From an uncultured Nitrospirota bacterium (GTDB lineage: Bacteria; CG2-30-53-67): a stretch of 64,000 nucleotides of DNA. Positions within the stretch are counted from its first letter, which is position 1, and the number at the start of each line of letters is the position of its first letter. The stretch spans positions 1,031 to 65,030 of the forward strand of contig CALZGC010000160.1 of assembly GCA_945786985.1 (NCBI GenBank), in the 5' to 3' direction. This document shows positions 30,924 through 43,734 of this stretch, piece by piece. A model generated the notes under the pieces. It was not told the DNA's origin and ran no database searches. It saw only the letters and a program-made list of their open reading frames with translations. A program made the translations under genes and the position numbers.

Positions 30924-32057
30924 CTATGAGAGAATCACCAGGTCATCCCGGTGGATCACTTCGTCATAATACTTGTATCCGAGGATCTTTTCAATCTCCG
31001 TTGTCTTGCGCCCCTTGATCTTGTCAATTTCCCAGGCGTGGTAGTTGACCAGTCCCCGGGCCAGTTCACGCCCCTGGGGGTCGAGACAGCTCACGGGGTC
31101 TCCCACCTCGAACCGTCCCGCAACGTCGGTGATACCGGAAGGCAGCAGACTCTTGCCCCGTTTCAAAAGCGCTTCCGAGGCGCCGGCATCGAGTGTCAGG
31201 CTCCCCTTGGAGCTGAGGCTGTAGGCGATCCAGTGTTTCCGGCTCGTGAGACGATCCTGGTTGGCCATAAAAAGTGTGCCGATCTCACCACCGAGCAGAG
31301 CTGCCGCGACGGCTCCCGGGCGATGGCCGTTGATGATCAGCGTCGGTGTGCCGTAATCGGCCGCTGTTTTGGCGGTGAGGACTTTGGACCGCATGCCGCC
31401 GGTGCCGACGCCCGCCGCGCTTTCGCCGGCCATGGCGAGGATCTTCGGTGTGACTTTTTCGACCGCCGGGATGAAGCCCGCCTCTTGATCGATGCGGGGG
31501 TCCGCCGTGTGGAGACCGTCCACATCGGATAGGATCAGCAACAGGTCGGCCCCCACGAGATTGGTGACCAGCGCCGAGAGGTGGTCGTTGTCGCCGAACT
31601 TGATCTCCTCCACCACGACCGTATCGTTCTCATTGATGATGGGGATGACCTTGTAGCGGCAGAGGGTCAGCAGTGCATTCCGGGCGTTGAGAAAACGACG
31701 GCGGTGTTTGAGGTCGTCCGCCGTGAGCAGAATCTGGGCCACGCGCTTGCGGTGCTTGCCGAAGGCTTCCTCGTACGACCACATCAGGCGGCCCTGGCCG
31801 ACGGCCGCGGCAGCCTGTTTCAATGGAATCTCCCTGCGCCCCCTTGGGATGCCCAGGCGCGCCATGCCAGCGGCCACCGCGCCCGAGGAGACGATGGTGA
31901 TCTCGAGCTTCTTCCGGCGCATGACGCCGACCATCTCATCCACCAGTTCGTGAATCCGGTCTGTGTTCAGGCCGGCGTCGCCCTCGGTCAGAATACTGCT
32001 TCCGATCTTGATGACGACCCGTCGGCAGGCGTCCAGTATCTCAGTTCGGCTTTTCAT
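30924..32057 (-). CDS. proB: glutamate 5-kinase
   Basis: amino-acid kinase domain plus C-terminal PUA, 377 aa. Confidence 0.9.
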   Translation of the reverse strand: MKSRTEILDACRRVVIKIGSSILTEGDAGLNTDRIHELVDEMVGVMRRKKLEITIVSSGAVAAGMARLGIPRGRREIPLKQAAAAVGQGRLMWSYEEAFGKHRKRVAQILLTADDLKHRRRFLNARNALLTLCRYKVIPIINENDTVVVEEIKFGDNDHLSALVTNLVGADLLLILSDVDGLHTADPRIDQEAGFIPAVEKVTPKILAMAGESAAGVGTGGMRSKVLTAKTAADYGTPTLIINGHRPGAVAAALLGGEIGTLFMANQDRLTSRKHWIAYSLSSKGSLTLDAGASEALLKRGKSLLPSGITDVAGRFEVGDPVSCLDPQGRELARGLVNYHAWEIDKIKGRKTTEIEKILGYKYYDEVIHRDDLVILS

Positions 32058-32102
32058 CGTAACACAACGTCCCAGAGGCCCCGCAAGTGCGGGCCTCTCT
32101 TT

Positions 32103-33499
<1,397 letters not shown>

Positions 33500-33626
33500 T
33501 TTACTCCAGCAATATCTGGCTAGAAAAAAAAAGGGGATCCGGCGATCCCTCACCTGGGACACCCTATCCCCTTACTTCCGACTCACAGCGTGTACAAACG
33601 CGCCTAGAACAGAGAGAACCGCCTCG

Positions 33627-33884
33627 TCACTCGGTCGCGTAGACGCTGACCTTCTTTTTGTCCCGTCCGATGCGCTCGAAGGTCACGATGCCGTCGGCCA
33701 TGGCAAAAAGGGTATCATCCTTGCCTTTGCCCACGTTGTACCCCGGGTGAATTTTCGTCCCGCGCTGACGCACCAGAATGTTTCCCGCCCTCACCCGCTG
33801 CCCCCCGGAGCGCTTGACGCCGAGCCTCTTCGAGTGGCTTTCTCTTCCATTCCGGGAACTGCCTCCCGCTTTCTTATGTGCCAT
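33627..33884 (-). CDS. rpmA: 50S ribosomal protein L27
   Basis: [24 protein letters not shown]... Confidence 0.95.
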   Translation of the reverse strand: MAHKKAGGSSRNGRESHSKRLGVKRSGGQRVRAGNILVRQRGTKIHPGYNVGKGKDDTLFAMADGIVTFERIGRDKKKVSVYATE

Positions 33885-33896
33885 CGCAAACTCCCA

Positions 33897-34211
33897 TCAG
33901 GATGCAATTTCGACGATCTTCAGCCCGGTCCGCTCCTGCCGGTGACCCTGTTTCTTCCGATAGCCTTTGCGCCGCTTCTTCTTGAAAACGACGATTTTTT
34001 TCCCCCGGTCCATGGAGACCACCTGGGCCCTGACACAGGCGTTGGCCACATAAGGTGTGCCCGTCATCAGAGAATCCTCACCGCCGATCAGCAGCACCCG
34101 GTCGAGTTCAAGCGTGTCGCCCACCTGGGCATTCAGGCGCTCCGTTTGTACCACATCCCCTTCGGAGACCTTGTACTGTTTGCCGCCGGTTTCAATGATT
34201 GCATACTTCAT
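33897..34211 (-). CDS. rplU: 50S ribosomal protein L21
   Basis: MKYAIIETGGKQYKVSEGD... Confidence 0.95.
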   Translation of the reverse strand: MKYAIIETGGKQYKVSEGDVVQTERLNAQVGDTLELDRVLLIGGEDSLMTGTPYVANACVRAQVVSMDRGKKIVVFKKKRRKGYRKKQGHRQERTGLKIVEIAS

Positions 34212-34326
34212 GGGGTTCCCTTCCAGGTCAGATCCGGTTTTGTCGAAACCAAAAAATTACCAGAATTCAGCCAGGCCTGTCAAGGATTTTATCATACAAC
34301 TTCAAGGGCGAAAACGGGTTTCGGGA

Positions 34327-34355
34327 TTGACCCCGTCCGACGCACCGTCTATGAT
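34327..34355 (+). promoter_or_regulatory. candidate sigma-70 promoter (TTGACC-17-TATGAT) for the DMT transporter gene
   Basis: sequence match only. Confidence 0.3.
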
Positions 34356-34421
34356 GCCGACGTGCCGGCTGCGGAGCAGTCGAAGCGGGCGCAGCGGCTT
34401 CGGTAAGATCGGAGAGCGACG

Positions 34422-35276
34422 ATGGGTGTTCTTTTCATGCTGCTGGCGTCCGCCAGCCTTGCCACCATGTCCGCGCTGATCCAAGCGGTGGGGCCCGGGA
34501 TCCCGCCGCTGGAACGGGTCTTTCTCCGGTGTTTTCTGGCGCTGCCTCTGCTTTATCTGTTCGTCCGGCTCCGGAGGCACCCTTTGTGGGTCCGGGCCAG
34601 AAGAGTCCTGATTATTCGGACACTTTTCGGTCTGACAGCCATGACCGGATTCTTCTATGCGCTGATTCACATGCCCCTGGCGGAGTGCATCTTCATTGGG
34701 CAATCCCAGCCGCTGATTCTCTCGCTGCTGGCGCCTTTTGTCATCGGCGAGCGCACGCCGCGCTCGGCCTGGTTCGCGACCCTCACGGGACTGGCCGGCG
34801 TGGCTCTGATCATGAAGCCCGCCATGGCCTGGCCCCTGGCGGCCTGGGTGGTCCTGGGAGCGGCGTCGGCGTCGGCGGTGGCCCATCTCTTGGTGCGGCG
34901 CCTCAACGCCACCGATTTTCCTCTCGTGATTGTATTCAATTTCACCGGACTGGCCGCCCTGATTACCGCGCTCTGGGTGCTTCCGACTTTTGTGCCTCCC
35001 TCGGGCCGTCAATGGGTTCTGATTCTGGGTGTGGCGGTTTTCGCCAGCCTCGGGCAGTTCCTGATGACCCTGGCCTACCAGAAGGATCGGGCACCGGTGG
35101 TCGCTGCGGCCAGTTATACCTCGGTTATTCTATCCGTGGTCTACGGCTATTTCTTCTGGGGCGAAACACCCCATGGGCTCGCATGGGCCGGCGGGGCCCT
35201 CATCGTGACAGGCGGACTCTTGCTGTTGAAGGCCAGGTTGCATGTGTCGAAGCCCCCCTCTCCGGCTGCGACGTGA
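34422..35276 (+). CDS. DMT-superfamily (EamA-like) transporter
   Basis: 10 TM helices, duplicated EamA-like halves. Confidence 0.7.
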   Translation: MGVLFMLLASASLATMSALIQAVGPGIPPLERVFLRCFLALPLLYLFVRLRRHPLWVRARRVLIIRTLFGLTAMTGFFYALIHMPLAECIFIGQSQPLILSLLAPFVIGERTPRSAWFATLTGLAGVALIMKPAMAWPLAAWVVLGAASASAVAHLLVRRLNATDFPLVIVFNFTGLAALITALWVLPTFVPPSGRQWVLILGVAVFASLGQFLMTLAYQKDRAPVVAAASYTSVILSVVYGYFFWGETPHGLAWAGGALIVTGGLLLLKARLHVSKPPSPAAT

Positions 35277-35527
35277 GGCTTCGGCTACGGGGGGCCTCTA
35301 AGCTCAACACTGCATGCGAATATCTATAACGTACGTCGTCGCTTTTCGGAGTGCAAATCCAGCCGGAAAGGTGGAAATGTTTACCCAATATGCAAAAACT
35401 TTTTCACCTATTCTCAGAATGGAATGTGATAGCACCATCCGGTTCGTTCCATCCACCCCCCCGATTACCGGTTCTTAATTAAAGATTTACAGAGTTGCCA
35501 AACGTTTCTGCTGTACAGATTCTAATT

Positions 35528-35541
35528 GGCACAGTTTCTGC
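35528..35541 (+). promoter_or_regulatory. sigma-54-type promoter (TGGCAC-N5-cTGC; GG-N10-GC) upstream of PEP-CTERM gene 1
   Basis: tTGGCACagtttcTGCg at 35527-35542. Confidence 0.45.
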
Positions 35542-35605
35542 GGTGTTGCACAACAGGGGAAAGTAATACCGTTTAACGCTATCTGGATTGAAAGGGGAGA
35601 TCTTT

Positions 35606-36411
35606 ATGACCCAAAGGGGGATGACTGCCTTCAGTTTCTTTTTATTGCCGATCCTGTTAATGCTCGGATCGCCTTCCGCCCATGCGACCATCGTCAATGT
35701 CGATTTTGGACCCACCGATATCGGCAGGGGTATAACCGGCCAGGCAACGGCGACGGTTGAGAGCGGGACGGCGGGCGGCAACGGTTACCTGGATATCTAT
35801 CTCACCAACACATCACCGCTGGGTCCCGAGGTGGATCCCGGCATGTACGCGAATCCGTTCATTACCCAGTTGGATATCGCCATAGAAAACGGCTGGGTTC
35901 TGAATGAAGGGGCCAGCCATGCCAAGGCGGTATCGGGCACCTATGTATCCGACGATGGAAACCCGGTGCTTACCCTTGCCTCGGGAACGATATTACACTA
36001 CAAGTTTTTTGAGTCCAACGTGCCCGGTATGAGCAAATGTCTTATCGGGGCGGAAGCGGACAATATCAAGAATGATAATGCCATCGGGAGTTTCAATATT
36101 CTGACGAACGGAAGCCTCGGCGGTACCCCGTAGGAACATTATGCCCAGGGGTTTCTGGAGCCCAAACCCGATCCCGACAGTGGGGTGGTATTCAATACGA
36201 TCCTGTTTCATTTCGAGTACATTGGATTGGGTCCGGATGCCAGTCTTTTTGCCAATGCCGAGGAGGCGACCATGGTCGTCAAGTTTGTCGGTGGTGGCGA
36301 TTACAGCTCCAAGCTCGTCGGAAATGGGGCGATCATCCCGAACCCGCGTCCCTCATTCTCCTCGGCTCCGGTCTGGCAGGCCTCATGGGACTGCGGAGGA
36401 GCACCCGGTAG
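35606..36411 (+). pseudogene. PEP-CTERM sorting-domain protein, disrupted by an in-frame TAG at 36131-36133 and a 1-nt frameshift near 36346
   Basis: signal peptide; one frame continues through the TAG; after a +1 shift in the run ATCATCCCGAA the reading gives ...GAIIPEPASLILLGSGLAGLMGLRRSTR* (classic PEP-CTERM). Confidence 0.6.
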
Positions 36412-36546
36412 CTCTGCGCAAAACAGGAGTCACAAAACCCCTATCCACGATCCGGGTAGGGGTTTTTTGTTGTCAAGAGGAATGATAAGATTGTAAGATT
36501 CCTTTCTACCCGAACCGTTCCAATCGAAGATTAATGCGAGGGCGTC

Positions 36547-37968
36547 TTGGAGACCCCCTGGAGTGTCACAATCTCCTTTGTGGTTTACACAGCGGGGATT
36601 GTGCTCGTCGGTCTCTATTCGGCCCGGTTCGCTTCACGGTCCACGTCCGACTATCTTCTGGCCGGAAAAGGCCTTGGCTCCTGGGTGACAGCCGTTTCCG
36701 CGTCGGCCTCCTCCGAGTCAGGCTGGGTGACCCTTGGCCTGGTGGGCACCGCCTTCTCGGAAGGGATGGCCGCCTTCTGGGTGGTGCCGGGGTGCCTGGC
36801 CGGTTATGCCTTTAACTGGTGGATCATGGCGCGGCCGGTGAACCGCTTTACCTCGTCGCATCAGGTCTATACCGTGCCGGACCTGATGGCATCGATCTTT
36901 CAGAAGAAGGCACTGGCCGTGCGCGTGATATCCGTGGGGGTTATCTTCTTCATGATGACCGCGTACGTGGCGGCCCAGTTCAATGCCGCGGGAAAGGCGT
37001 TTCAGGCAGTCTTCCATGTTCCGTACAAGACGGGCGTGCTGATTGGTGTGGGAATCGTCGTTCTCTACACCATGTCCGGAGGATTCAGGGCCGTGGCGTG
37101 GACCGATTTTTTCCAGGGAGGGCTCATGTGGCTTGCCCTGATCTTTCTCCCCTTGGTTACCGTCCATGAGGCAGGCGGATGGCATCAAATGATGGCCACT
37201 CTTGCCGGCCAGAATCCGGACCTGGTGAGTTTCTACGGCGGAAAATCGGGCTATATGATCGTTGGCCTTGTCATCGGCTGGCTTGGGATCGGTCTGGGGT
37301 ATCCGGGGCAGCCTCATGTGATCATCCGCTTCATGGCGGCCCGGGATGAGCAGGCAGTGATACGGGGACGAATCATCGCCATGGTGTGGGGTTTCTTCGT
37401 CTTTTCCGGGGCCGTGGTTCTGGGGCTCGCTTGCCGGGCCCTCTTCGGCTCTCTGCCCGATGCGGAGCAGGCCCTGCCGATCGTGGCCATACAGCTTCTC
37501 CCAGGTGTCATGGCCGGGCTCATGCTGGCGGCCATCCTGGCGGCCATCTGCTCCACGGCGGACAGCCAACTGCTGGTGGCCTCTGCTTCTCTGTCCCATG
37601 ATCTCTATGCCCGTCTGACCGGAAAAGACCTCGATTCCAGGCACGTGATCACCATGGATCGTGCAGCCGTGGGCGTGTTGGGTCTCCTGGCAATGCTTCT
37701 GGCGTTGTCCGAAAACCGTATGATTTTCTCTTTCGTGCTCTATGCGTGGGCTGGACTGGGTGCCGCGTTCGGGCCGCCCCTGATCCTAGGGCTGTTGTGG
37801 AGAAGGACCTCATCCATGGGTGCCATCGCCGGTTCGGTCGTTGGATTTGCCACCGTGGTCATCTGGAAGAATGTGCCCGGGCTGTCGGGGGCGCTCTATG
37901 AACTGGTGCCCGGTTTTTTCCTGAGTCTGCTGGTGGTGTGGGGGGTCAGCCTGCGGCGGCCGGCTTGA
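36547..37968 (+). CDS. sodium:solute symporter family protein (PutP/PanF-like)
   Basis: 13 TM SSS architecture, 473 aa. Confidence 0.75.
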   Translation: METPWSVTISFVVYTAGIVLVGLYSARFASRSTSDYLLAGKGLGSWVTAVSASASSESGWVTLGLVGTAFSEGMAAFWVVPGCLAGYAFNWWIMARPVNRFTSSHQVYTVPDLMASIFQKKALAVRVISVGVIFFMMTAYVAAQFNAAGKAFQAVFHVPYKTGVLIGVGIVVLYTMSGGFRAVAWTDFFQGGLMWLALIFLPLVTVHEAGGWHQMMATLAGQNPDLVSFYGGKSGYMIVGLVIGWLGIGLGYPGQPHVIIRFMAARDEQAVIRGRIIAMVWGFFVFSGAVVLGLACRALFGSLPDAEQALPIVAIQLLPGVMAGLMLAAILAAICSTADSQLLVASASLSHDLYARLTGKDLDSRHVITMDRAAVGVLGLLAMLLALSENRMIFSFVLYAWAGLGAAFGPPLILGLLWRRTSSMGAIAGSVVGFATVVIWKNVPGLSGALYELVPGFFLSLLVVWGVSLRRPA

Positions 37969-38053
37969 CACCCCTTTCGGTTCTTGGGTAAGTTCTGGGC
38001 AAGTGCCTGTTTTTCCAAGACGAACAGCGGCTTCTGTGTATGGGGGTGAGTCC

Positions 38054-39010
38054 ATGGATAATCTCTTCGAAGAACGAATTGCTGAAATCACCGGCAGCGG
38101 CCTCTTTTCGGACGATATAGAAGTGATTCAGCTGAATCTCGGACTGCGGTGCAATCAAGTGTGCGCGCACTGCCATGTCGATGCCTCCCCTGAGCGCCCG
38201 GAAGTGATGCCATGGGCCATCATGGAGCGGGCGTGTCAGATCATCGATGAGATGCGGCCGGCAACCGTCGACTTGACCGGTGGAGCGCCGGAACTCAATC
38301 CGAATTTCAATCGGCTGGTCTCCCGACTCTGCGGGAAGGGCCATCCCGTTCAGATTCGGACGAACCTGACGGTGCTGCTGGAGGCCGGAATGACAGGACT
38401 GCCTGAGTTTCTCCACGAACACGGGGTGGAGCTGGTGGCGTCCCTTCCCTGCTACCTGGAGGAGAACGTCCGATCGCAGCGTGGACCGGGCAGCTACGAA
38501 AAGAGCATGGAGGCCCTCCGACGTCTCAATGCACTGGGTTACGGCTCCGAAGCGGGACCGGCCCTGAATCTCGTCTACAACCCGGGGGGGGCTTTTCTCC
38601 CGCCGGACCAGGCCAAACTGGAACCCGATTATCGCCGGGAGCTGCATGAGCGCTTCGGGATCCGATTCACCCGCCTTCTGACCATTGCCAACATGCCCCT
38701 CGGCCGCTTCTGGGAGGAGCTGCGCCGCAGCCGGGAAGACCGCAAATACATGGCCCTGCTCCGGGACGCCTTCAACCCGAATACGCTGCAGGGTCTGATG
38801 TGCCGCCATCAGATCAGCATCGGTTGGGACGGCCGTGTCTACGACTGTGACTTCAACCTGGCCCTGGGTATTCCGGTGGATCACGGCGCCCCCAATCATA
38901 TCAGGCAATTTGCCGGGGACGCCGTGGCGAAGCGGCGGATTGTGACGGGCAATCACTGCTTCGGCTGCACCGCGGGTTTCGGGTCTTCCTGCCGGGGCGC
39001 CTTGGTCTGA
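38054..39010 (+). CDS. ArsS-like radical SAM / Cys-rich domain protein (TIGR04167-like)
   Basis: CNQVCAHC radical-SAM motif close to the N-terminus; Cys-rich C-terminus CDFN...CFGCTAGFGSSC; no in-frame TGA (non-seleno form). Confidence 0.6.
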   Translation: MDNLFEERIAEITGSGLFSDDIEVIQLNLGLRCNQVCAHCHVDASPERPEVMPWAIMERACQIIDEMRPATVDLTGGAPELNPNFNRLVSRLCGKGHPVQIRTNLTVLLEAGMTGLPEFLHEHGVELVASLPCYLEENVRSQRGPGSYEKSMEALRRLNALGYGSEAGPALNLVYNPGGAFLPPDQAKLEPDYRRELHERFGIRFTRLLTIANMPLGRFWEELRRSREDRKYMALLRDAFNPNTLQGLMCRHQISIGWDGRVYDCDFNLALGIPVDHGAPNHIRQFAGDAVAKRRIVTGNHCFGCTAGFGSSCRGALV

Positions 39011-39081
39011 TAGAAAACGTGCTGCGCTCCCTGACGGCAGCCGACGCACGCCAACCGGCAGGTATACAGGAGAGGCAATCC

Positions 39082-40605
<1,524 letters not shown>

Positions 40606-40631
40606 GTCCGCGTCGCACGCCCTCAGCGCGA

Positions 40632-41852
40632 TCAGAAAACCAGTGAGGCATAGCTGACGGCCGACGCGGTGGGCGGCTCGAAGTACTGGTCGTAGCGGAG
40701 CAGATGCCCTTCCAGACCCTCCAGGATCCTCAGGAACGTATAGAGATTGGGCACACCGCAAACATTGTTGCGATCCTGCTCGCGCTGTATCTCCCGGAAG
40801 AAGGTCTCGGGGTTTCCTGCCACCACATGCCGGAGCAGGGCGTGGTCATATTCGCGAAGATCGGCCAGGTCGGTCTTGTCCAACGGATTCGGGTGTCCGA
40901 ACTTGGGACCGATGTGACTGAGATCAGCTCCGGCGATGACGAGCACTTCCCCCGGACGGGCGGTGACGTATTTTGAGACGGCTTCCACAAAGCGGGCAAT
41001 CGATGCGTCCTGCCGGGGACCCGCCGCCTCATCGAGAAGGTCCACAAAAGAATTGCACAGGACCGGCAGGATGCGGATCTCGCGATCGGGAAAGAGATAC
41101 TTGAGAAAGACCGCTTGAAACTCGACGGAGTGCTCATTTCGATGACCGAATTGTCCCGCCGTCCAGTCGATGCCCGTATCGGCCTCGATGGCCTGGAGGG
41201 CCTCCGTGTCACACGGGAGCGTCCCCAAGGGTGTTTCGAAGTCCTTGGGGCAGATCGCATAACGATGTCCACCGATGGGCCCGTGGGCGGTCCCCAGCAC
41301 AATCGCCGAGCGTGCGCGGCTCTTGGCGATTTGCCGATAGGCCTCGGCATAACAGAGGCCGCCCTGCCGGATATCGATGTGCGGGGCGACGATACCGGAG
41401 ACTGTCCCGTCTTCCGGGACGGGTGTCGTTGACCCCGCGAAATAGCTGCCCAGAAAGGCCGCAAGCTCCTGCGGCGCCTCGGGGTAAGCGTTACCGCTCA
41501 GTGCGGCCGGCCGGGTGCCGGAGCGATAAAAGGATTCCTCCACGCGCCCTTGCAGCGCACGGAAGACGTCGTCGTCGAGGAAACAGATGCGGCTCAGGTT
41601 TGCAATGAGCTCTCGGATCTGTTCCTCCGGAGGATGCACGCCGGTGCGCCGGTGAAACGCCTCCCGAAGCTCGGGCACGTCCCGGGTTCCGTTCATGAGG
41701 GTGATCAGCAGATAGGTGGGATGCTCCATCTCAATGGCGGCATCCGAGTAGCCTTCGGGGTCCCGCAGGTGTATTCTTTCCTGCGTGCCGTTGCGGACGG
41801 GGAATGCCAGCAGAGGCCGGACTTTCGGCTTGTCGATGGCGAGCGGTTTCAC
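40632..41852 (-). CDS. MEMO1-family (AmmeMemoRadiSam system protein B-like) with a roughly 110-aa N-terminal extension
   Basis: GIVAPHIDIRQGG, NEHSVEFQ, AGADLSHIGPKFG Memo motifs. Confidence 0.65.
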   Translation of the reverse strand: MKPLAIDKPKVRPLLAFPVRNGTQERIHLRDPEGYSDAAIEMEHPTYLLITLMNGTRDVPELREAFHRRTGVHPPEEQIRELIANLSRICFLDDDVFRALQGRVEESFYRSGTRPAALSGNAYPEAPQELAAFLGSYFAGSTTPVPEDGTVSGIVAPHIDIRQGGLCYAEAYRQIAKSRARSAIVLGTAHGPIGGHRYAICPKDFETPLGTLPCDTEALQAIEADTGIDWTAGQFGHRNEHSVEFQAVFLKYLFPDREIRILPVLCNSFVDLLDEAAGPRQDASIARFVEAVSKYVTARPGEVLVIAGADLSHIGPKFGHPNPLDKTDLADLREYDHALLRHVVAGNPETFFREIQREQDRNNVCGVPNLYTFLRILEGLEGHLLRYDQYFEPPTASAVSYASLVF

Positions 41853-42038
41853 AGCTGCCTTTCAGGAAAAGGAGGCCGACAATTCGGCAAGATAGCCGCC
41901 CTGCGTTAAAAAGTCAAGATTCGCGACTGTCCGGGACGGGGCGCGGCGCTCGGCGTGCCTGATCCTTTTCCCTTGAGAAGCCCTGGTCGCTATGTTAGAT
42001 TTTCTCCGGATCGCCACGGCCGACAGGAGGAAAAGCTG

Positions 42039-43205
42039 TTGAAGATCGGATACTTGGACTGTTTTTCAGGTATCAGCGGAAACATGATGCTCGGGGCGTT
42101 GCTCGACGCCGGTCTGCCGGAAGTGCAGCTTGGCAGAGAACTGGGCAAACTCCCGCTCCCCGGTTACCGTCTGGAGGTGCAGAAGGCAAAGCGGGGGGGG
42201 CTCTCGGGAACCCTCGTCCATGTATCTGTGGCGCCGGGTCAGCCGATGCGAAATCTGAAGGACATCGTCGACATCATTGAGAGCAGCTCGCTGTCTGCCT
42301 CCATCCGGAAGAAAAGCAAGGCCATTTTTGAGAGCCTGGGGGAGGTCGAGGCGGCAATCCACGGAACCGATCTATCATCAGTACACTTCCACGAGGTCGG
42401 GGCGGTCGATTCGATCGTGGACATCGTGGGCGCTGTCATCGGGGTCGAACACCTTGGCATTGAGCGCATGAGCGCCTCACCGGTCAATCTGGGAAGCGGT
42501 TCCGTCAGCAGTGCGCACGGAACCCTGCCTGTTCCAGCACCCGCAACGGCGGCGCTGCTGAAAGGTCGGCCCGTCTACAGCGCCGGGGCGCCTCTGGAAC
42601 TCACCACGCCGACCGGCGCGGCCCTGCTGGTCGGCTTCGACTGTGACTTCGGGGTACTTCCCCCCATGCGTCTGGACCGGATCGGCTACGGCCTGGGCAG
42701 CCAGGATCCGTCCGGGTGGTCGAACGTGCTTCGCCTCTTCATTGGAGAGCAGGCCCCCGATCGTCGCGAAACCTGCTGGCTGATCGAAACCAATATCGAC
42801 GACATGAATCCCGAGTTCTACGGGCATCTGATGGAACGCCTTCTGGGCGAGGGCGCCCTGGATGTTTTCTTCACCCCCATCGTCATGAAAAAGGGCCGAC
42901 CCGGCACGCGGGTCGGGGTCCTTTCCCCCGAGGGCCGTGAGGAGGCCCTGAGCCGGGTTCTTTTTCTGGAGACCACGGCCATTGGGCTAAGACGCCACCG
43001 GGTGGAGCGGGACACGCTGGAGCGGAAGATCATCCAGGTTCAGACGCCCTATGGAGAAGTGCCCGTGAAACTCGGTCTTCTCGACGGGAAGGTGGTCAAC
43101 CATGCCCCCGAATATGAGGCGTGCCGCCGCCTGGCGGCTGAAAAGGGCGTGGCCCTCAAAACGGTATACATGGAGGCCCTCCGGGCTTCCGGGGGAGAGA
43201 GATGA
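42039..43205 (+). CDS. larC: nickel-pincer cofactor biosynthesis protein LarC (DUF111)
   Basis: MKIGYLDCFSGISGNMMLGALLDAG N-terminus; TTG start behind AGGAGG; ORF track start 41955. Confidence 0.75.
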   Translation: MKIGYLDCFSGISGNMMLGALLDAGLPEVQLGRELGKLPLPGYRLEVQKAKRGGLSGTLVHVSVAPGQPMRNLKDIVDIIESSSLSASIRKKSKAIFESLGEVEAAIHGTDLSSVHFHEVGAVDSIVDIVGAVIGVEHLGIERMSASPVNLGSGSVSSAHGTLPVPAPATAALLKGRPVYSAGAPLELTTPTGAALLVGFDCDFGVLPPMRLDRIGYGLGSQDPSGWSNVLRLFIGEQAPDRRETCWLIETNIDDMNPEFYGHLMERLLGEGALDVFFTPIVMKKGRPGTRVGVLSPEGREEALSRVLFLETTAIGLRRHRVERDTLERKIIQVQTPYGEVPVKLGLLDGKVVNHAPEYEACRRLAAEKGVALKTVYMEALRASGGER

Positions 43206-43522
43206 CCGAATTTGTCACGATTCTGGTGACGGCCGCGTCCGAGGCCGAAGCAGAAGTCATTGCCGATCAGTTGCTCTCTGCGAAACTGATCGCCTGTGCC
43301 AACATCGTCGGTGGAGTCCGATCCGTTTTTTCCTGGGCAGGGGCTGTTCAGAGGGAATCGGAAGTATTGATCATCATGAAGAGTCGCCAGGCCCTATTCC
43401 AGGAGATCGAACAAAAAGTGCGGCAACTTCACAGCTACGACGTTCCAGAAATCCTTGCCATCCCCATCCTGACCGGGTCCGAGCCCTATCTGCAGTGGCT
43501 CGGGGACGAAACAGCCCGCTGA
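43202..43522 (+). CDS. cutA: divalent-cation tolerance protein CutA
   Basis: 106 aa CutA1 signature; 4-nt overlap with larC. Confidence 0.8.
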   Translation: MTEFVTILVTAASEAEAEVIADQLLSAKLIACANIVGGVRSVFSWAGAVQRESEVLIIMKSRQALFQEIEQKVRQLHSYDVPEILAIPILTGSEPYLQWLGDETAR

Positions 43523-43734
43523 GCCCGGATGTTTTATCAGTGTTGTCTCCGGAGCTTCCTGAAGGCAAAAAACCGCTTCCAGAGCATCCTGAGTAGTATC
43601 CCGGAGCAAATCAAATTTTCCGTTGCTGAAATGGAACAGATCGTACTAAAATAGACGAAACAGGCATCCAAGCTATTATCCTGAAACGCCAACCCCGTGC
43701 ACCTCGCAAGAGCTCCGGATGAGGAGTTGCTGTC

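Noticed and set aside
29736-30929. 397-aa plus-strand ORF
   Set aside because: Antisense to proA.
35521-35550. TGGCAC-N13-TTGCAC as an alternative sigma-54 reading
   Set aside because: The spacing is wrong. The overlapping TGGCACagtttcTGC, with correct GG-N10-GC spacing, was kept instead.
36141-36485. 114-aa ORF overlapping the PEP-CTERM tail
   Set aside because: It is an out-of-frame overlap. The biologically sensible reading is the frameshifted PEP-CTERM frame.
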